Shown here: in pieces, positions 28,132 through 37,706 of the stretch
Layout of the letters: each line of letters starts with the position of its first letter
Position numbering within the stretch: the first letter of the stretch is position 1
From: Alkalispirochaeta sp.
GTDB taxonomy: Bacteria > Spirochaetota > Spirochaetia > DSM-27196 > Alkalispirochaetaceae
Direction of reading: 5' to 3'
Assembly (NCBI GenBank): GCA_965242725.1
Contig: CBDESZ010000004.1
Coordinates: 366,195 to 430,194 of the forward strand
Length of the DNA: 64,000 nt
Program-made: the position numbers and the translations under genes
Notes under the pieces: model-generated
What the model was told of the DNA's origin: nothing
The model's input: the letters and a program-made list of their open reading frames with translations, nothing else
Databases searched by the model: none

Positions 28132-28866
28132 CTAGAGGGTGAAACCGCCGTCGATGACCTGGGCGGTGCCGGTGGTGAAGGCGGCGGCGTCGCTGGCCAG
28201 GTAAAGGGCCAGGGCGGCGACTTCCTCGGTGGTGCCGAGGCGGCCCATGGGCTGGCGTTCGATGAAATCGCGACGGGCGGTGACCGGGTCGTCGAAGGCG
28301 TTGATGCGCTCGTCAAGGGACGGCGATTGGATGGTGCCCGGGCAGATGGCGTTGCAGCGAATGCCGCGGCGGATGAAGTCGGCGGCGACGGATTTGGTGA
28401 GACCGATGACGGCGGCCTTGGAGGCGCCATAGACGAACCGATTGGGCACGCCGCTGACCGACGAGGCGACGGAGGCGATGTTGACGATGGCGCCGCCGCC
28501 AGCGTCGAGCATGGCCGGCAGGAAAGCGCGGATGATGCGGTACATGGCGCGGGCGTTGAGGTCGAAGGAGAACTCCCAGTCGTCCTCGTCGCAATCGAGG
28601 ATGGTGCCGTGATGGACGAACCCGGCGCAGTTGACGAGGACGTCGCGGGCGCCGAGGCGCTGGGCGATGGCGGTGATGGCCGCGGGGTCGGTGACGTCGA
28701 GGCGTTCGGTAGCGATGTTGAGGCCGGTCAGGGTGGCGAGCGCGGCCTCGTTGATATCGGTGGCGACGACGTCGGCGCCGGCCTCGGCACAGGCAATGGC
28801 GGCGGCGCGGCCGATGCCCTGGCCGGCCGCGGTGACCAGTGCGGTCTTTCCCTGTAAGCTGATCAT
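28132..28866 (-). CDS. SDR oxidoreductase (2-keto-3-deoxy-L-fuconate dehydrogenase-like)
   Basis: TAAGQGIG, NCAGFVHHG, NRFVYGASK, RQPMGRLG. Confidence 0.85.
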   Translation of the reverse strand: MISLQGKTALVTAAGQGIGRAAAIACAEAGADVVATDINEAALATLTGLNIATERLDVTDPAAITAIAQRLGARDVLVNCAGFVHHGTILDCDEDDWEFSFDLNARAMYRIIRAFLPAMLDAGGGAIVNIASVASSVSGVPNRFVYGASKAAVIGLTKSVAADFIRRGIRCNAICPGTIQSPSLDERINAFDDPVTARRDFIERQPMGRLGTTEEVAALALYLASDAAAFTTGTAQVIDGGFTL

Positions 28867-28979
28867 TATCGACTCTCCCCGACCCGGCGGCGCAAAGTTG
28901 TTCGTATTTGTTCGGCGCCAAAGTGGCGTGCCGCGGCGAACAAGTCCAGGCCGGAAAACCAACGACGCGCGGGTGCACC

Positions 28980-30392
28980 ATGGCCGCAAACGATGACAGC
29001 CTCGCCTTCGCGACCATCGGCGAGGTCGGGGCCAAGCTGCGGCGCGGCGAGGTCAGCGCGGCGGCGCTAACGGAAATGATGCTGGGGCGGATCGAGGCGC
29101 TGGACGGCGAACTCAACGCCTACGTCACGGTGACCGCGGATTTGGCGCGGGCGCAAGCGGCGCGGGCCGACGCGGAACTGGCGCAGGGGACCGACCGGGG
29201 GCCGCTGCACGGCATTCCGGTGGCGGCGAAGGACCTGTTCGCGACCAAGGGCATCCGGACGACGGGCGGGACAAAACTCTACGGCGACGTGGTGCCGGAC
29301 CACGATGCCACGGCGATCGTGCGGCTGCGCGAGGCGGGCGCGGTGCTGCTGGGCAAGACGGGGTTGCACGAACTGGCGTGGGGTACGACCAGCGCCAACC
29401 CGTTCTATGGCGCGGTGCGCAATCCGTGGGCGCCGGACCGTCACCCGGGCGGCTCGAGCGGCGGGTCGGCGGCGGCGGTGGCGGCCGGCCTGGCGTATGC
29501 GGCGCTCGGCACGGACACCGGTGCCTCGGTGCGGCAGCCGGCGCACTGTTGCGGCATCACCGGGTTCAAGCCGAGCTTCGGGTTGGTTAGCCGGGCCGGG
29601 GTGTTGCCGCTGGCATGGTCGATGGACCACGTGGGGCCGCTGACCCGCTGCGTCGCCGACGCGCGGGCGCTGCTCGACGTGCTGGCCGGGGCGGACCCGG
29701 CGGACGCCTATACGGTGACGCCGGGGTTGCGGCACTCGCCGATGCCGGCCGGGCGGATCGAGGGGGCGCGGGTCGGGGTGCTGCGGTCGTTCTTCTTCGA
29801 GCCGGCGGCGAACGGCGAATTCGACCAGGACGCGATGATGGTGGTCGACCACGCGCTAGCGGAACTAGGGAACCTGGGTTGCGAACTGATCGAGGTGACG
29901 CTGGACGACGTCGAGATGGCGCACGAAGGGGCGGCGGCGATGTTCGCCGAAGTGCACGCGGCACACGGCGCGGCGTGGCGGGACAACCCGGACGGTTTCA
30001 GCCCGGCGATCAACGCGCGGTTCGAGGGGCTGGCGCAGATCACCACCGACACCTACGTCGCGGCGCGGCATTTCCGGCAGATCTTTCAGGCCAAGGTGCA
30101 GCAGCTGATGCACGACGAGCGGTTGTTGGCGCTGGCGGCGCCGACCTCGGTGGCGACGGCGGGAGCGATCGCGGACGCGCCGCCGTCGGCGGCGAACTGG
30201 CGCAACACGGGCATTTTCAACTTCACCGGCCAGCCGTCGATCTCGGTGCCGTGCGGGTTCACGCCGGCGGGGTTGCCAGTCGGGCTGATGCTGACGGGGC
30301 CGATGTTCGGCGACCAGATCGTGCTCGACCTGGCGCGGGGTTACGAGGAAACGACGGCGTGGCAGCCGCCGCCGATGGCGGTGCTCGGCTAG
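28980..30392 (+). CDS. Amidase signature family protein
   Basis: GIPVAAKD, PGGSSGGS, GTDTGASVR.PA, GLPVGL. Confidence 0.9.
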   Translation: MAANDDSLAFATIGEVGAKLRRGEVSAAALTEMMLGRIEALDGELNAYVTVTADLARAQAARADAELAQGTDRGPLHGIPVAAKDLFATKGIRTTGGTKLYGDVVPDHDATAIVRLREAGAVLLGKTGLHELAWGTTSANPFYGAVRNPWAPDRHPGGSSGGSAAAVAAGLAYAALGTDTGASVRQPAHCCGITGFKPSFGLVSRAGVLPLAWSMDHVGPLTRCVADARALLDVLAGADPADAYTVTPGLRHSPMPAGRIEGARVGVLRSFFFEPAANGEFDQDAMMVVDHALAELGNLGCELIEVTLDDVEMAHEGAAAMFAEVHAAHGAAWRDNPDGFSPAINARFEGLAQITTDTYVAARHFRQIFQAKVQQLMHDERLLALAAPTSVATAGAIADAPPSAANWRNTGIFNFTGQPSISVPCGFTPAGLPVGLMLTGPMFGDQIVLDLARGYEETTAWQPPPMAVLG

Positions 30393-30398
30393 AGCGAG

Positions 30399-33300
30399 CT
30401 ACTGGGCGGCGAAATCGCTGACCAGGCGCTGACCGGCGTCGAGCTCGGCCGGCGACATGCGGCGGGAAATGAGCTCGAGGCTGCGTTCGGCGTCGGCGTC
30501 GCCCTGGCGGGCGGCGAGGGTGAACCACAGGAAGGCGCGGGCGTAATCCTCGGCAACACCATCGCCGTTGGCGTAGATGCTGGCGAGATTGTACTGGGCG
30601 TCGGCCAGTCCTTGGCGGGCGGCGCGGCGATACCAGGTGACCGCCTGGTCGACATCCTGGGCGACGCCGCTGCCCTCGGCGTAGAGGTTGGCGAGGTTGT
30701 ACTGGGCGTCGGCGACGCCTTGGTCGGCGGCGCGGCGGTACCAGCGGGCGGCCTCGGCGATGTCCGGCGGGATGCCGCGGCCGAGGGCGTACATGACACC
30801 GAGGTTGGATTGGGCCTTGGCCTCGCCCTGGTCGGCGGCGCGGCGATACCAGGCGACGGCCTGGGCGTCGTCCTGGGCAATGCCTTCGCCGAGGGCATAG
30901 CGCAGGCCGACGTCGAGCTGGGCCGGGGCAAAGCCCTGTTCGGCGGCCTTGAGGGCCCACTGGGTCGCGGCGACGGGGTCGTTGGGGACGCCGGCGCCGG
31001 TGGCATAGGCGCGGGAGAGGGCCATCTGGGCGGCGGCAACGCCTTGGTCGGCGGCCTCACGGTACCAGCGGGCGGCCTCGCTGGCCCTGTCGGAGAGTTG
31101 GGCGAGGCGGAATTGGGCGCCGGCATCGCCTTGCTGGGCGGCGCGCTCGAACCAGACGCGGGCTTCGTCGGTTTCGCCGATGGCGGTGTCGTAGATCTTG
31201 GCGAGGGCGACTTGGGCGGCGCGGTCGCCCTGCTCGGCCGCCGGGGCGTACCAACGGGCGGCGGCGGCGGGATCGGCGGTGGTGCCCTCACCGGCGGCGT
31301 ACATGGCGGCAAGGCGGACCTGGGCGGGGGTCAGGCCCTGCTCGGCGGCGCGGCGGTACCATTCGAAGGCGGCGGCGAGATCGCGATCGACTCCCTCCCC
31401 GCGGTCGAGGAACCGGGCGAGGCGGAGTTGGGCCTGGGCAACGCCTTGCTCGGCGGCGGCGCGGTACCAGCGGACGGCGGCCTCGGGATCCGGCGGTACG
31501 GGGGCGTCGGCGTCGGGCGCGGCGGCGTAGAACTTGGCGAGGGTGAGCTGGGCGTCGACCTGGCCTTGGGAAGCGGCGTCGGCGAGCAGGGACAAGGCGC
31601 GGGAGGTCTCGGCCGGGCCGCGCTCGAGCAAAATGGCGGCCAAAGCGTATTGGGCCTCGGGATCGCCGGTCTCGGCGACCTCGGCAAACAAATCGGCGGC
31701 GGCGTCGATGTCGCTGTCGCCGTCGGCGTAGAGTTCGGCGAGGGCAAACCGGGCAGTGTTGTCACCCTGGGCGGCGGCGAGGGCATACCAGCGGATGGCG
31801 GCGTCGCGGTCCTGGGCGACGCCGGCATCGCCGGTGGCGTAGATGCGGCCGAGGCGCGCCTGGGCGCGGGGGTCGTTCTGGCCGGCGGCGCTTTCGAGCC
31901 AAGCAAGGCCTTCGGCGGGGTCAACGTCGCGGTCCTCAAGCAGGATGGCGGCGAGGCGGTACTGGGAGTCGCGGTCGCCGGCGGTGGCGGCGCGGCCATA
32001 CCAGAAACGGGCGAGGTCGAGGTCGTTGGCGACGGCGCGGTCCGCGTAGAAGCGGGCGAGGCGGCGCTGGGCGACGACGGCGCCCTGAAGCGCGGCAATG
32101 CGGTGCCAACTGGCGGCGGCGGTAGGACTGGCGGCGACGCCGTCGCCGTCCTGCAAATGGCGGGCGAGGCCGACTTGGGCCTCGGCAATGCCGGCGGCGG
32201 CGGCGGCGCGGTAGAGCTCGACGGCGCGGCGCGGGTCGTCGGCGGCGACGAGGGCGGCCAATTGGGTTTGGGCGCGGGGATCGTCGACGGCGACGGCGCG
32301 TTCCAGCCAATCGACGGCGGCGGGCCGATCGTAGACGGACGAGGCCGGGTCGGCGAGCAACTCACCGAGGCGGACCTGGGCGTCGATGTCGTCGCGGTCG
32401 GCCGCGCGGCGGTACCAGAAGACGGCCTGGTCGACGTCGGCGGCGATGCCGAGGCCTTGATCGAAGATGACGGCCAACTCGTACTGGGCCTCGACATTGC
32501 CTTGCTCGGCGGCGCTGCGATACCAGCGGCGGGCGACGGCGGTGTCCTGGTCGACGCCGAGGCCCTGGTCGTAGAGCAGCGCCAGGCTGACCTGGGCCGG
32601 GGCGTGGCCCTGGCGGGCGGCGCGCAGGTACCACTCGGCGGCGTCCTCGTAGCTGAGGGTGGTGCCGGCGCCCTGCTCGTACATTTCGGCCAGGGCGGTT
32701 TGGGCGCGGGCGACGCCCTGCTCGGCAGCGCGGCGGTACCAGACAAAGGCGGCGCCGTCGTCGGCGGAGATACCGCGGCCGGCGCGCAGCAGCTGGGCGA
32801 GGTTGGTTTGGGCCTCGGCAACGCCTTGCTCGGCGGCGCGGCGATACCAGGCAAACGCCGCCGCGGGGTCGGGCTCCATGCCGAGGCCGGTGTCGTAGAT
32901 GACGCCGAGGTTGGCCTGGGCCTCGGGCAGGCCTTGTTCGGCCGCGGCGGTGTACCAGCGCTGGGCGGTGGCGTAATCGCGGGGCACGCCAACGCCCTCG
33001 GTGTACATCACGGCGAGGTTGAACTGGGCGTCGGCGAGGCCCTGCTCGGCGGCGAGCCGGTACCATTCGGCGGCGGCGGCGCGGTCTTGGGGCACGCCGT
33101 CGCCGGTATCGTAGATGTGGCCGAGGGCAAACTGGGCGCGGGCATCGCCGCGGGCGGCGGCCAGGCGGTACCAGCGGGCGGCAACGGCGGCATCGCGGTC
33201 GACGCCGACGCCGGTGTTGAAAATGGCGCCGAGGCGGCGCTGGGCATCGATGCTGCCGATATGCGCGAGGGGCGCGAGATGGCGCAGGGCGGCGGTGCAG

Positions 33301-33488
33301 CCGGTGCCGGCGCAGCGGGCGAGGCCATGGTTGACGCCGACCCAGGCGCCGGCGGAGAGCACGGCGGCGGCGACGAAGGACCCGGCGACCAGGCGCACGG
33401 TGGCGCGGGACCGCAGGTTCAGGGCAAAGGACTTGCGGCGCCCGCCGGGCGACGGGGTGTCGGCGGGCGCGGGATTTTCACCGGACAT
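30399..33488 (-). CDS. Large SEL1-like repeat protein with N-terminal TM helix
   Basis: More than 20 repeats of AQ..LG..Y..G.GV..D...A..WY..AA.QG. Confidence 0.92.
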   Translation of the reverse strand: MSGENPAPADTPSPGGRRKSFALNLRSRATVRLVAGSFVAAAVLSAGAWVGVNHGLARCAGTGCTAALRHLAPLAHIGSIDAQRRLGAIFNTGVGVDRDAAVAARWYRLAAARGDARAQFALGHIYDTGDGVPQDRAAAAEWYRLAAEQGLADAQFNLAVMYTEGVGVPRDYATAQRWYTAAAEQGLPEAQANLGVIYDTGLGMEPDPAAAFAWYRRAAEQGVAEAQTNLAQLLRAGRGISADDGAAFVWYRRAAEQGVARAQTALAEMYEQGAGTTLSYEDAAEWYLRAARQGHAPAQVSLALLYDQGLGVDQDTAVARRWYRSAAEQGNVEAQYELAVIFDQGLGIAADVDQAVFWYRRAADRDDIDAQVRLGELLADPASSVYDRPAAVDWLERAVAVDDPRAQTQLAALVAADDPRRAVELYRAAAAAGIAEAQVGLARHLQDGDGVAASPTAAASWHRIAALQGAVVAQRRLARFYADRAVANDLDLARFWYGRAATAGDRDSQYRLAAILLEDRDVDPAEGLAWLESAAGQNDPRAQARLGRIYATGDAGVAQDRDAAIRWYALAAAQGDNTARFALAELYADGDSDIDAAADLFAEVAETGDPEAQYALAAILLERGPAETSRALSLLADAASQGQVDAQLTLAKFYAAAPDADAPVPPDPEAAVRWYRAAAEQGVAQAQLRLARFLDRGEGVDRDLAAAFEWYRRAAEQGLTPAQVRLAAMYAAGEGTTADPAAAARWYAPAAEQGDRAAQVALAKIYDTAIGETDEARVWFERAAQQGDAGAQFRLAQLSDRASEAARWYREAADQGVAAAQMALSRAYATGAGVPNDPVAATQWALKAAEQGFAPAQLDVGLRYALGEGIAQDDAQAVAWYRRAADQGEAKAQSNLGVMYALGRGIPPDIAEAARWYRRAADQGVADAQYNLANLYAEGSGVAQDVDQAVTWYRRAARQGLADAQYNLASIYANGDGVAEDYARAFLWFTLAARQGDADAERSLELISRRMSPAELDAGQRLVSDFAAQ

Positions 33489-33560
33489 CGCGGCTCGTCA
33501 CATACCGGAAACTAGGCCGGTATCTTGGCGCCGCGCCGCTAAAGGTTGGTTAACGCCGGC

Positions 33561-34103
33561 TTAGTCTTTGGCCGCCGCGGGCCGCGTGGTGTGGACGTGG
33601 TCGGCGCCGTGGCGGCGCAGCAACTCGGCGGCGTGGGCGGCCTGTTCAGGGGTGGCGACGGCGACCCAGCAGACGACGCCGCCGGCGACGACATGGTCGC
33701 GATAGCGGGCTGCGAGGGCGCTGTCGATGGTGCTGTCGAGGACGCTTTCCAACGAGGTCTCGGCGGCGCTGCCGGCGATGGCGGCAAGGCCAATGGGCCC
33801 GCCGATGGCGTAGGTGACGCCGGCGGCGCCGAGCAGGCCGACGGTGGCGATGCCCTCGGCAACGATGTGGGCGACGGCGCGCAAGGCCTCGCCGGTGGTT
33901 GCCGGGTCACGCGGGGCGCCGGGCATGTCGGCCAAGCTCGCGGCATCGGGCAAGCTGTCGCCGAAATGGCGGCGCAGGACGGCGTGGTCGGCGAGGACGC
34001 TGATGTCGTCGCGCGCGAACCCGGCCGCGACGAGGGCGTCGACGGCGCCGACCAGGGTTTCGGGGCCGCTGAAGATTCCGACTATCTGGGACCGGTTAGT
34101 CAT
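33561..34103 (-). CDS. Hypothetical membrane protein (general stress protein 17M-like pattern)
   Basis: VGIF...AVDALVAAGF..DDISVL; Gly-rich hydrophobic hairpin; C-terminal A...L...GA. Confidence 0.6.
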   Translation of the reverse strand: MTNRSQIVGIFSGPETLVGAVDALVAAGFARDDISVLADHAVLRRHFGDSLPDAASLADMPGAPRDPATTGEALRAVAHIVAEGIATVGLLGAAGVTYAIGGPIGLAAIAGSAAETSLESVLDSTIDSALAARYRDHVVAGGVVCWVAVATPEQAAHAAELLRRHGADHVHTTRPAAAKD

Positions 34104-34135
34104 CACTCACCATAGGCGTCGGTGCAGGGCTATGG

Positions 34136-34149
34136 TTGACGTGGGTCAA
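34136..34149. promoter_or_regulatory. FNR/FixK-type palindrome TTGAC-GTGG-GTCAA
   Basis: Perfect TTGAC-N4-GTCAA centred about 40 bp from both divergent start codons (34103 and 34185). Confidence 0.7.
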
Positions 34150-34184
34150 GGAGGGTATGGGCGCAAGCAAGAAGGCTGGCAACG

Positions 34185-36041
34185 ATGGACAACAAACACG
34201 TTCACTACAACATCTGGTATTTCATCGGCGCCTTGTTCGTCATCCTGCTGCTGCAAGGCTGGCTGGCGCAGCAGCAACGGGTCGAGACGATTCCCTACAG
34301 CGCGTTCCAGGCGCAGCTACGCGACGGCAAGATCGCGTCGATCTCGGTCGCCGATTCATACATCCGCGGGGTGCTGCGAGAACCGAACGCGGCGGGCCAA
34401 ACGGAGATCTTCACGGTGCGGGTCGATCCGGACTTGGCGAAGGACCTCGAGGACTTCGACGTGACCTATACGGGCATCGCCGAAGACACGCTGGTGCGGC
34501 AGATCGCCAGCTGGCTGGTGCCGATGGTGATCTTCCTGTTCATCTGGATGTACGTGTTTCGGCGCGTCGCGGGCGGCGGCGGCTTCGGCCTTGGCGGCAG
34601 CATGGCGATCGGCAAAAGCAAGGCGAAGATCCAGATGGAGACGGACATCAAGGTGACGTTCGACGACGTCGCCGGGGTCGACGAAGCCAAGCAGGAATTG
34701 AACGAGATCGTGCGGTTCCTGAAGGAGCCGGAGGCCTACGGGCGGCTCGGCGCGCACGTGCCGAAGGGGGTGTTGCTGGTCGGGCCGCCGGGGTGCGGCA
34801 AGACGCTGTTGGCGCGGGCGGTGGCCGGTGAAGCCGGGGTGGTGTTCTTTTCGATCAACGGGTCGGAGTTCGTCGAGATGTTCGTCGGGGTCGGCGCGGC
34901 GCGGGTGCGCGACCTGTTCGAGCAGGCGCGGCAGGCGGCGCCGTGCATCATCTTTATCGACGAGTTGGATGCCCTGGGGCGGGCACGCGGGGTGATCCCG
35001 GTGTCCGGCGGCAGCGACGAGAAGGAGCAGACCCTCAATCAGTTGCTGGCGGAACTGGACGGGTTCGATCCGAGCGCCGGCGTGGTGCTGCTGGCGGCAA
35101 CCAACCGGCCGGAGATCCTCGACCAAGCATTGTTGCGGGCGGGGCGGTTCGACCGGCAGGTGCTGGTCGACCGGCCGGACAAGGTGGGGCGGCAGCAGAT
35201 CCTGTCGATCTACCTGCAACGGGTGACGTGCGGGCCCGACCTCAGCGTCGAGGAGATCGCCAGCCTGACGGCGGGGTTTTCGGGCGCCGACTTGGCCAAC
35301 CTGGTGAACGAGGCGGCGATCCTGGCGACCCGGCGCGGCGGGGCGGGGGTGGAAATGGCGGACGTGACGCGGGCCATCGAGCGGATTATCGCCGGGCTGG
35401 AGCGCAAGCACCGGCTGATGAGCCCGCACGAACGCAAGGTGATCGCGACCCACGAGGCCGGCCACGCCTTGGTGGCGCGGGCGCTGCCGGGGACGGACGC
35501 GGTGCACAAGATCTCGATCATCCCGCGCGGGGTCGGGGCCCTGGGGTACACGATCCAGCGGCCGACGGAAGACCGCTACCTGATGGCGCGGTGGGAACTG
35601 GAGAACAAGATGGCGGTGCTGCTCGGCGGCCGGGCAGCGGAGATGCTGGTGTTCGGCGAACTGTCGACGGGGGCCGCCGACGACCTGAACAAGGCGACGG
35701 ATATCGCGCGCAACATGGTCATGCGGTACGGCATGAGCGACGACCTGGGCCATGCGATCTATGTCGAGGACCGGCCCTTGTTCCTGGATGGGGCGGCGCA
35801 GCGGCTCGCGCGCGGCGATACCCACTCCGAAGAAACGGCGCGGGAAATCGACGTCGCGGTGCGGGACCTGGTCGGCGCGGCGTTCGACACGGCGATGGCG
35901 ACGTTGAAGACGCACCGGAACGCGCTGGATGAGGTGGCGCAAGCGTTGCTGGCGAAGGAAACGCTGACGGCGGAGGACCTGCCGGTTTTGCGGGACGAAA
36001 AGGCCTCGCACAGGGACGTCGCCGAGGCGGAAACGACATGA
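34185..36041 (+). CDS. ftsH: ATP-dependent zinc metalloprotease FtsH (probable accessory paralog)
   Basis: Two TM helices, [41 protein letters not shown]. Confidence 0.95.
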   Translation: MDNKHVHYNIWYFIGALFVILLLQGWLAQQQRVETIPYSAFQAQLRDGKIASISVADSYIRGVLREPNAAGQTEIFTVRVDPDLAKDLEDFDVTYTGIAEDTLVRQIASWLVPMVIFLFIWMYVFRRVAGGGGFGLGGSMAIGKSKAKIQMETDIKVTFDDVAGVDEAKQELNEIVRFLKEPEAYGRLGAHVPKGVLLVGPPGCGKTLLARAVAGEAGVVFFSINGSEFVEMFVGVGAARVRDLFEQARQAAPCIIFIDELDALGRARGVIPVSGGSDEKEQTLNQLLAELDGFDPSAGVVLLAATNRPEILDQALLRAGRFDRQVLVDRPDKVGRQQILSIYLQRVTCGPDLSVEEIASLTAGFSGADLANLVNEAAILATRRGGAGVEMADVTRAIERIIAGLERKHRLMSPHERKVIATHEAGHALVARALPGTDAVHKISIIPRGVGALGYTIQRPTEDRYLMARWELENKMAVLLGGRAAEMLVFGELSTGAADDLNKATDIARNMVMRYGMSDDLGHAIYVEDRPLFLDGAAQRLARGDTHSEETAREIDVAVRDLVGAAFDTAMATLKTHRNALDEVAQALLAKETLTAEDLPVLRDEKASHRDVAEAETT

Positions 36042-36490
36042 TCAAACCGGTGATCACCTGGATCTTGGTGGCGGACGCGGGGCGCGCGCGGGTCGTGCAG
36101 CACGACGGGCCCGGCCGCGGCCTGCAGGCGGTGCCCAGGTTAGCGGCACAACAAACGGTGCCGGCGAACCAAGACGAGGCAGCAGACCGCCAAGGCCGCA
36201 GTTTCGCGCGGCAGGGTCCCGGGCGCAGCGCCATGGAACGGCCGAGCGAGCCGGCGCGGCTGGCGAAGAAAGCGTTCGCCAAGGACCTGGCGGCGATGCT
36301 GACGCGGGAACTGGACAAGGGATCGTATGACCGGCTGATCGTCGTGGCGCCGCCGACAAACCTGGGCGACTTGCGCGCCGCGGTGAGCGACCGGGTACGG
36401 GCGACGATCAGCCACGAAATCGACAAGGATCTGACGCACGTCCCGGTGCGCGACCTGGCGGCGTTCCTGGAACCGGTATTGGCCGTTTAA
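36038..36490 (+). CDS. Host attachment protein family (baeRF12/AtsE-like)
   Basis: TWILVADAGRAR; DR.GRSF; LIVVAPP..LGDLR; EIDKDLTH; ATGA overlap with ftsH. Confidence 0.85.
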   Translation: MIKPVITWILVADAGRARVVQHDGPGRGLQAVPRLAAQQTVPANQDEAADRQGRSFARQGPGRSAMERPSEPARLAKKAFAKDLAAMLTRELDKGSYDRLIVVAPPTNLGDLRAAVSDRVRATISHEIDKDLTHVPVRDLAAFLEPVLAV

Positions 36491-36491
36491 G

Positions 36492-37460
36492 GTGACGGCG
36501 GTCCGCCTCGCAACCTTCAACCTGGAAAACCTCGACGACCGGCCAGGGCTGGATCCGCCGTTGGCGGCGCGGTTGCCGGCGCTGCGGCCGCAGCTACAGC
36601 GGCTCGACGCGGATGTCCTGTGCCTGCAGGAGGTCAACGGCCAGCGGGCGGCGCGCGGCGGCGACCGGACCCTGGCGGCGCTGGACACCTTGCTCGACGG
36701 GACGCCGTATGCGGCGTTCGACCGCGCGGTGACGCGGAACGCGGCGGGGCATATCGCCGACGTGCACAACCTGGTGACCCTGAGCCGCTGGCCGATCGGG
36801 GCACGCGAGGTGATTTCCTGCGACACGGTGGTCGCGGCGACGTGGAAATCGGGCGCGGACACGGGGCAGCCGCACACCGTCGGTTACGACCGGCCCGGCC
36901 TGGCGACACGGGTGGACACCCCTGGAGGGCCCATTTGGGTGGTCAACCTGCATCTGAAATCGCCGGCGGCAGCGGCGGTGCCGGGCGCCAAGGAAGACCC
37001 ACACACCTGGCGTAGCGCCGAAGCGTGGGCCGAGGGCTGCTACCTGGCGGCGCTACAGCGCAACGCGCAGGCGCTGGACGCCCGACGGTTTATCGACCGG
37101 GTGTTGGACGACGATGGGGCGGCGCGGATCGCCGTGTGCGGCGACCTCAACGCCGATCTCGACGAGGTCCCGGTGCGGCTGCTGCGGGCGGCGACGGACG
37201 ACACGGGCAACGGTGCCCTGGCCGGCCGGGCCCTGGTGGCGCCGGAACGGGGGTTGCCGGCGACGCGGCGCTACAGCGTGGTGCACCATGGACGGCCGGA
37301 GATGCTCGACCACGTGTTGGTGTCGCGCGCGCTGATGGGGGCGTTTAAGGACATCGAAGTGCACAACGAGGCGCTGGGCGACGAGCTGGTCGGGTTCGCG
37401 ACGGTGCGTCACGACACGGCGTCGTACCACGCGCCGGTGGTGGCAAGCTTCGCGGTATAG
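36492..37460 (+). CDS. Endonuclease/exonuclease/phosphatase family protein
   Basis: ATFNLENL, LQEV, HLKS, GDLN, LDHVLVS, SYHAPV. Confidence 0.88.
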   Translation: MTAVRLATFNLENLDDRPGLDPPLAARLPALRPQLQRLDADVLCLQEVNGQRAARGGDRTLAALDTLLDGTPYAAFDRAVTRNAAGHIADVHNLVTLSRWPIGAREVISCDTVVAATWKSGADTGQPHTVGYDRPGLATRVDTPGGPIWVVNLHLKSPAAAAVPGAKEDPHTWRSAEAWAEGCYLAALQRNAQALDARRFIDRVLDDDGAARIAVCGDLNADLDEVPVRLLRAATDDTGNGALAGRALVAPERGLPATRRYSVVHHGRPEMLDHVLVSRALMGAFKDIEVHNEALGDELVGFATVRHDTASYHAPVVASFAV

Positions 37461-37464
37461 GTAA

Positions 37465-37642
37465 GGAAGGCTGGCTGGCGGGGGTTCGAACGGGGGAGAG
37501 CCCCCCGCCAGCCGTCGCGGAGGCGACCTAGCCGCCGTACACCGCGATCCCTTCGGTTTGTTGGACGCGCCCACCCCCTCATGAGCCGATGACATTGAGG
37601 GGCCGATGACCTTGGACGCGCCCAACGCGCCGTACGTCAGAT
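37465..37642 (-). ncRNA. Candidate FNR/FixK-controlled small RNA
   Basis: Downstream of the box at 37677 and of a minus-strand -10 TAGCGT; internal repeats; ends in a GC hairpin (~37473-37513). Confidence 0.35.
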
Positions 37643-37676
37643 GGGGCGACGCTACCGCGGGGTGGCGGGCAGCGCC

Positions 37677-37690
37677 TTGACGTGAGTCAA
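37677..37690. promoter_or_regulatory. Second FNR/FixK-type palindrome TTGAC-GTGA-GTCAA
   Basis: 13/14 identical to the box at 34136; minus-strand TAGCGT begins at 37654, 29.5 bp from the box centre. Confidence 0.65.
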
Positions 37691-37706
37691 CGCGTCGCCC
37701 ACGGCG

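Noticed and set aside
30612..33515. 967-aa + strand ORF and other long antisense or alternate-frame ORFs (e.g. 3503-5416, 51061-53475, 61566-62927)
   Set aside because: Shadow ORFs from high GC and codon bias, overlapping genes with clear motifs
37053..37625. 190-aa minus-strand ORF downstream of the second FNR box
   Set aside because: Mostly antisense to the EEP gene, no RBS or motif; a non-coding interpretation is preferred, though a peptide is not excluded
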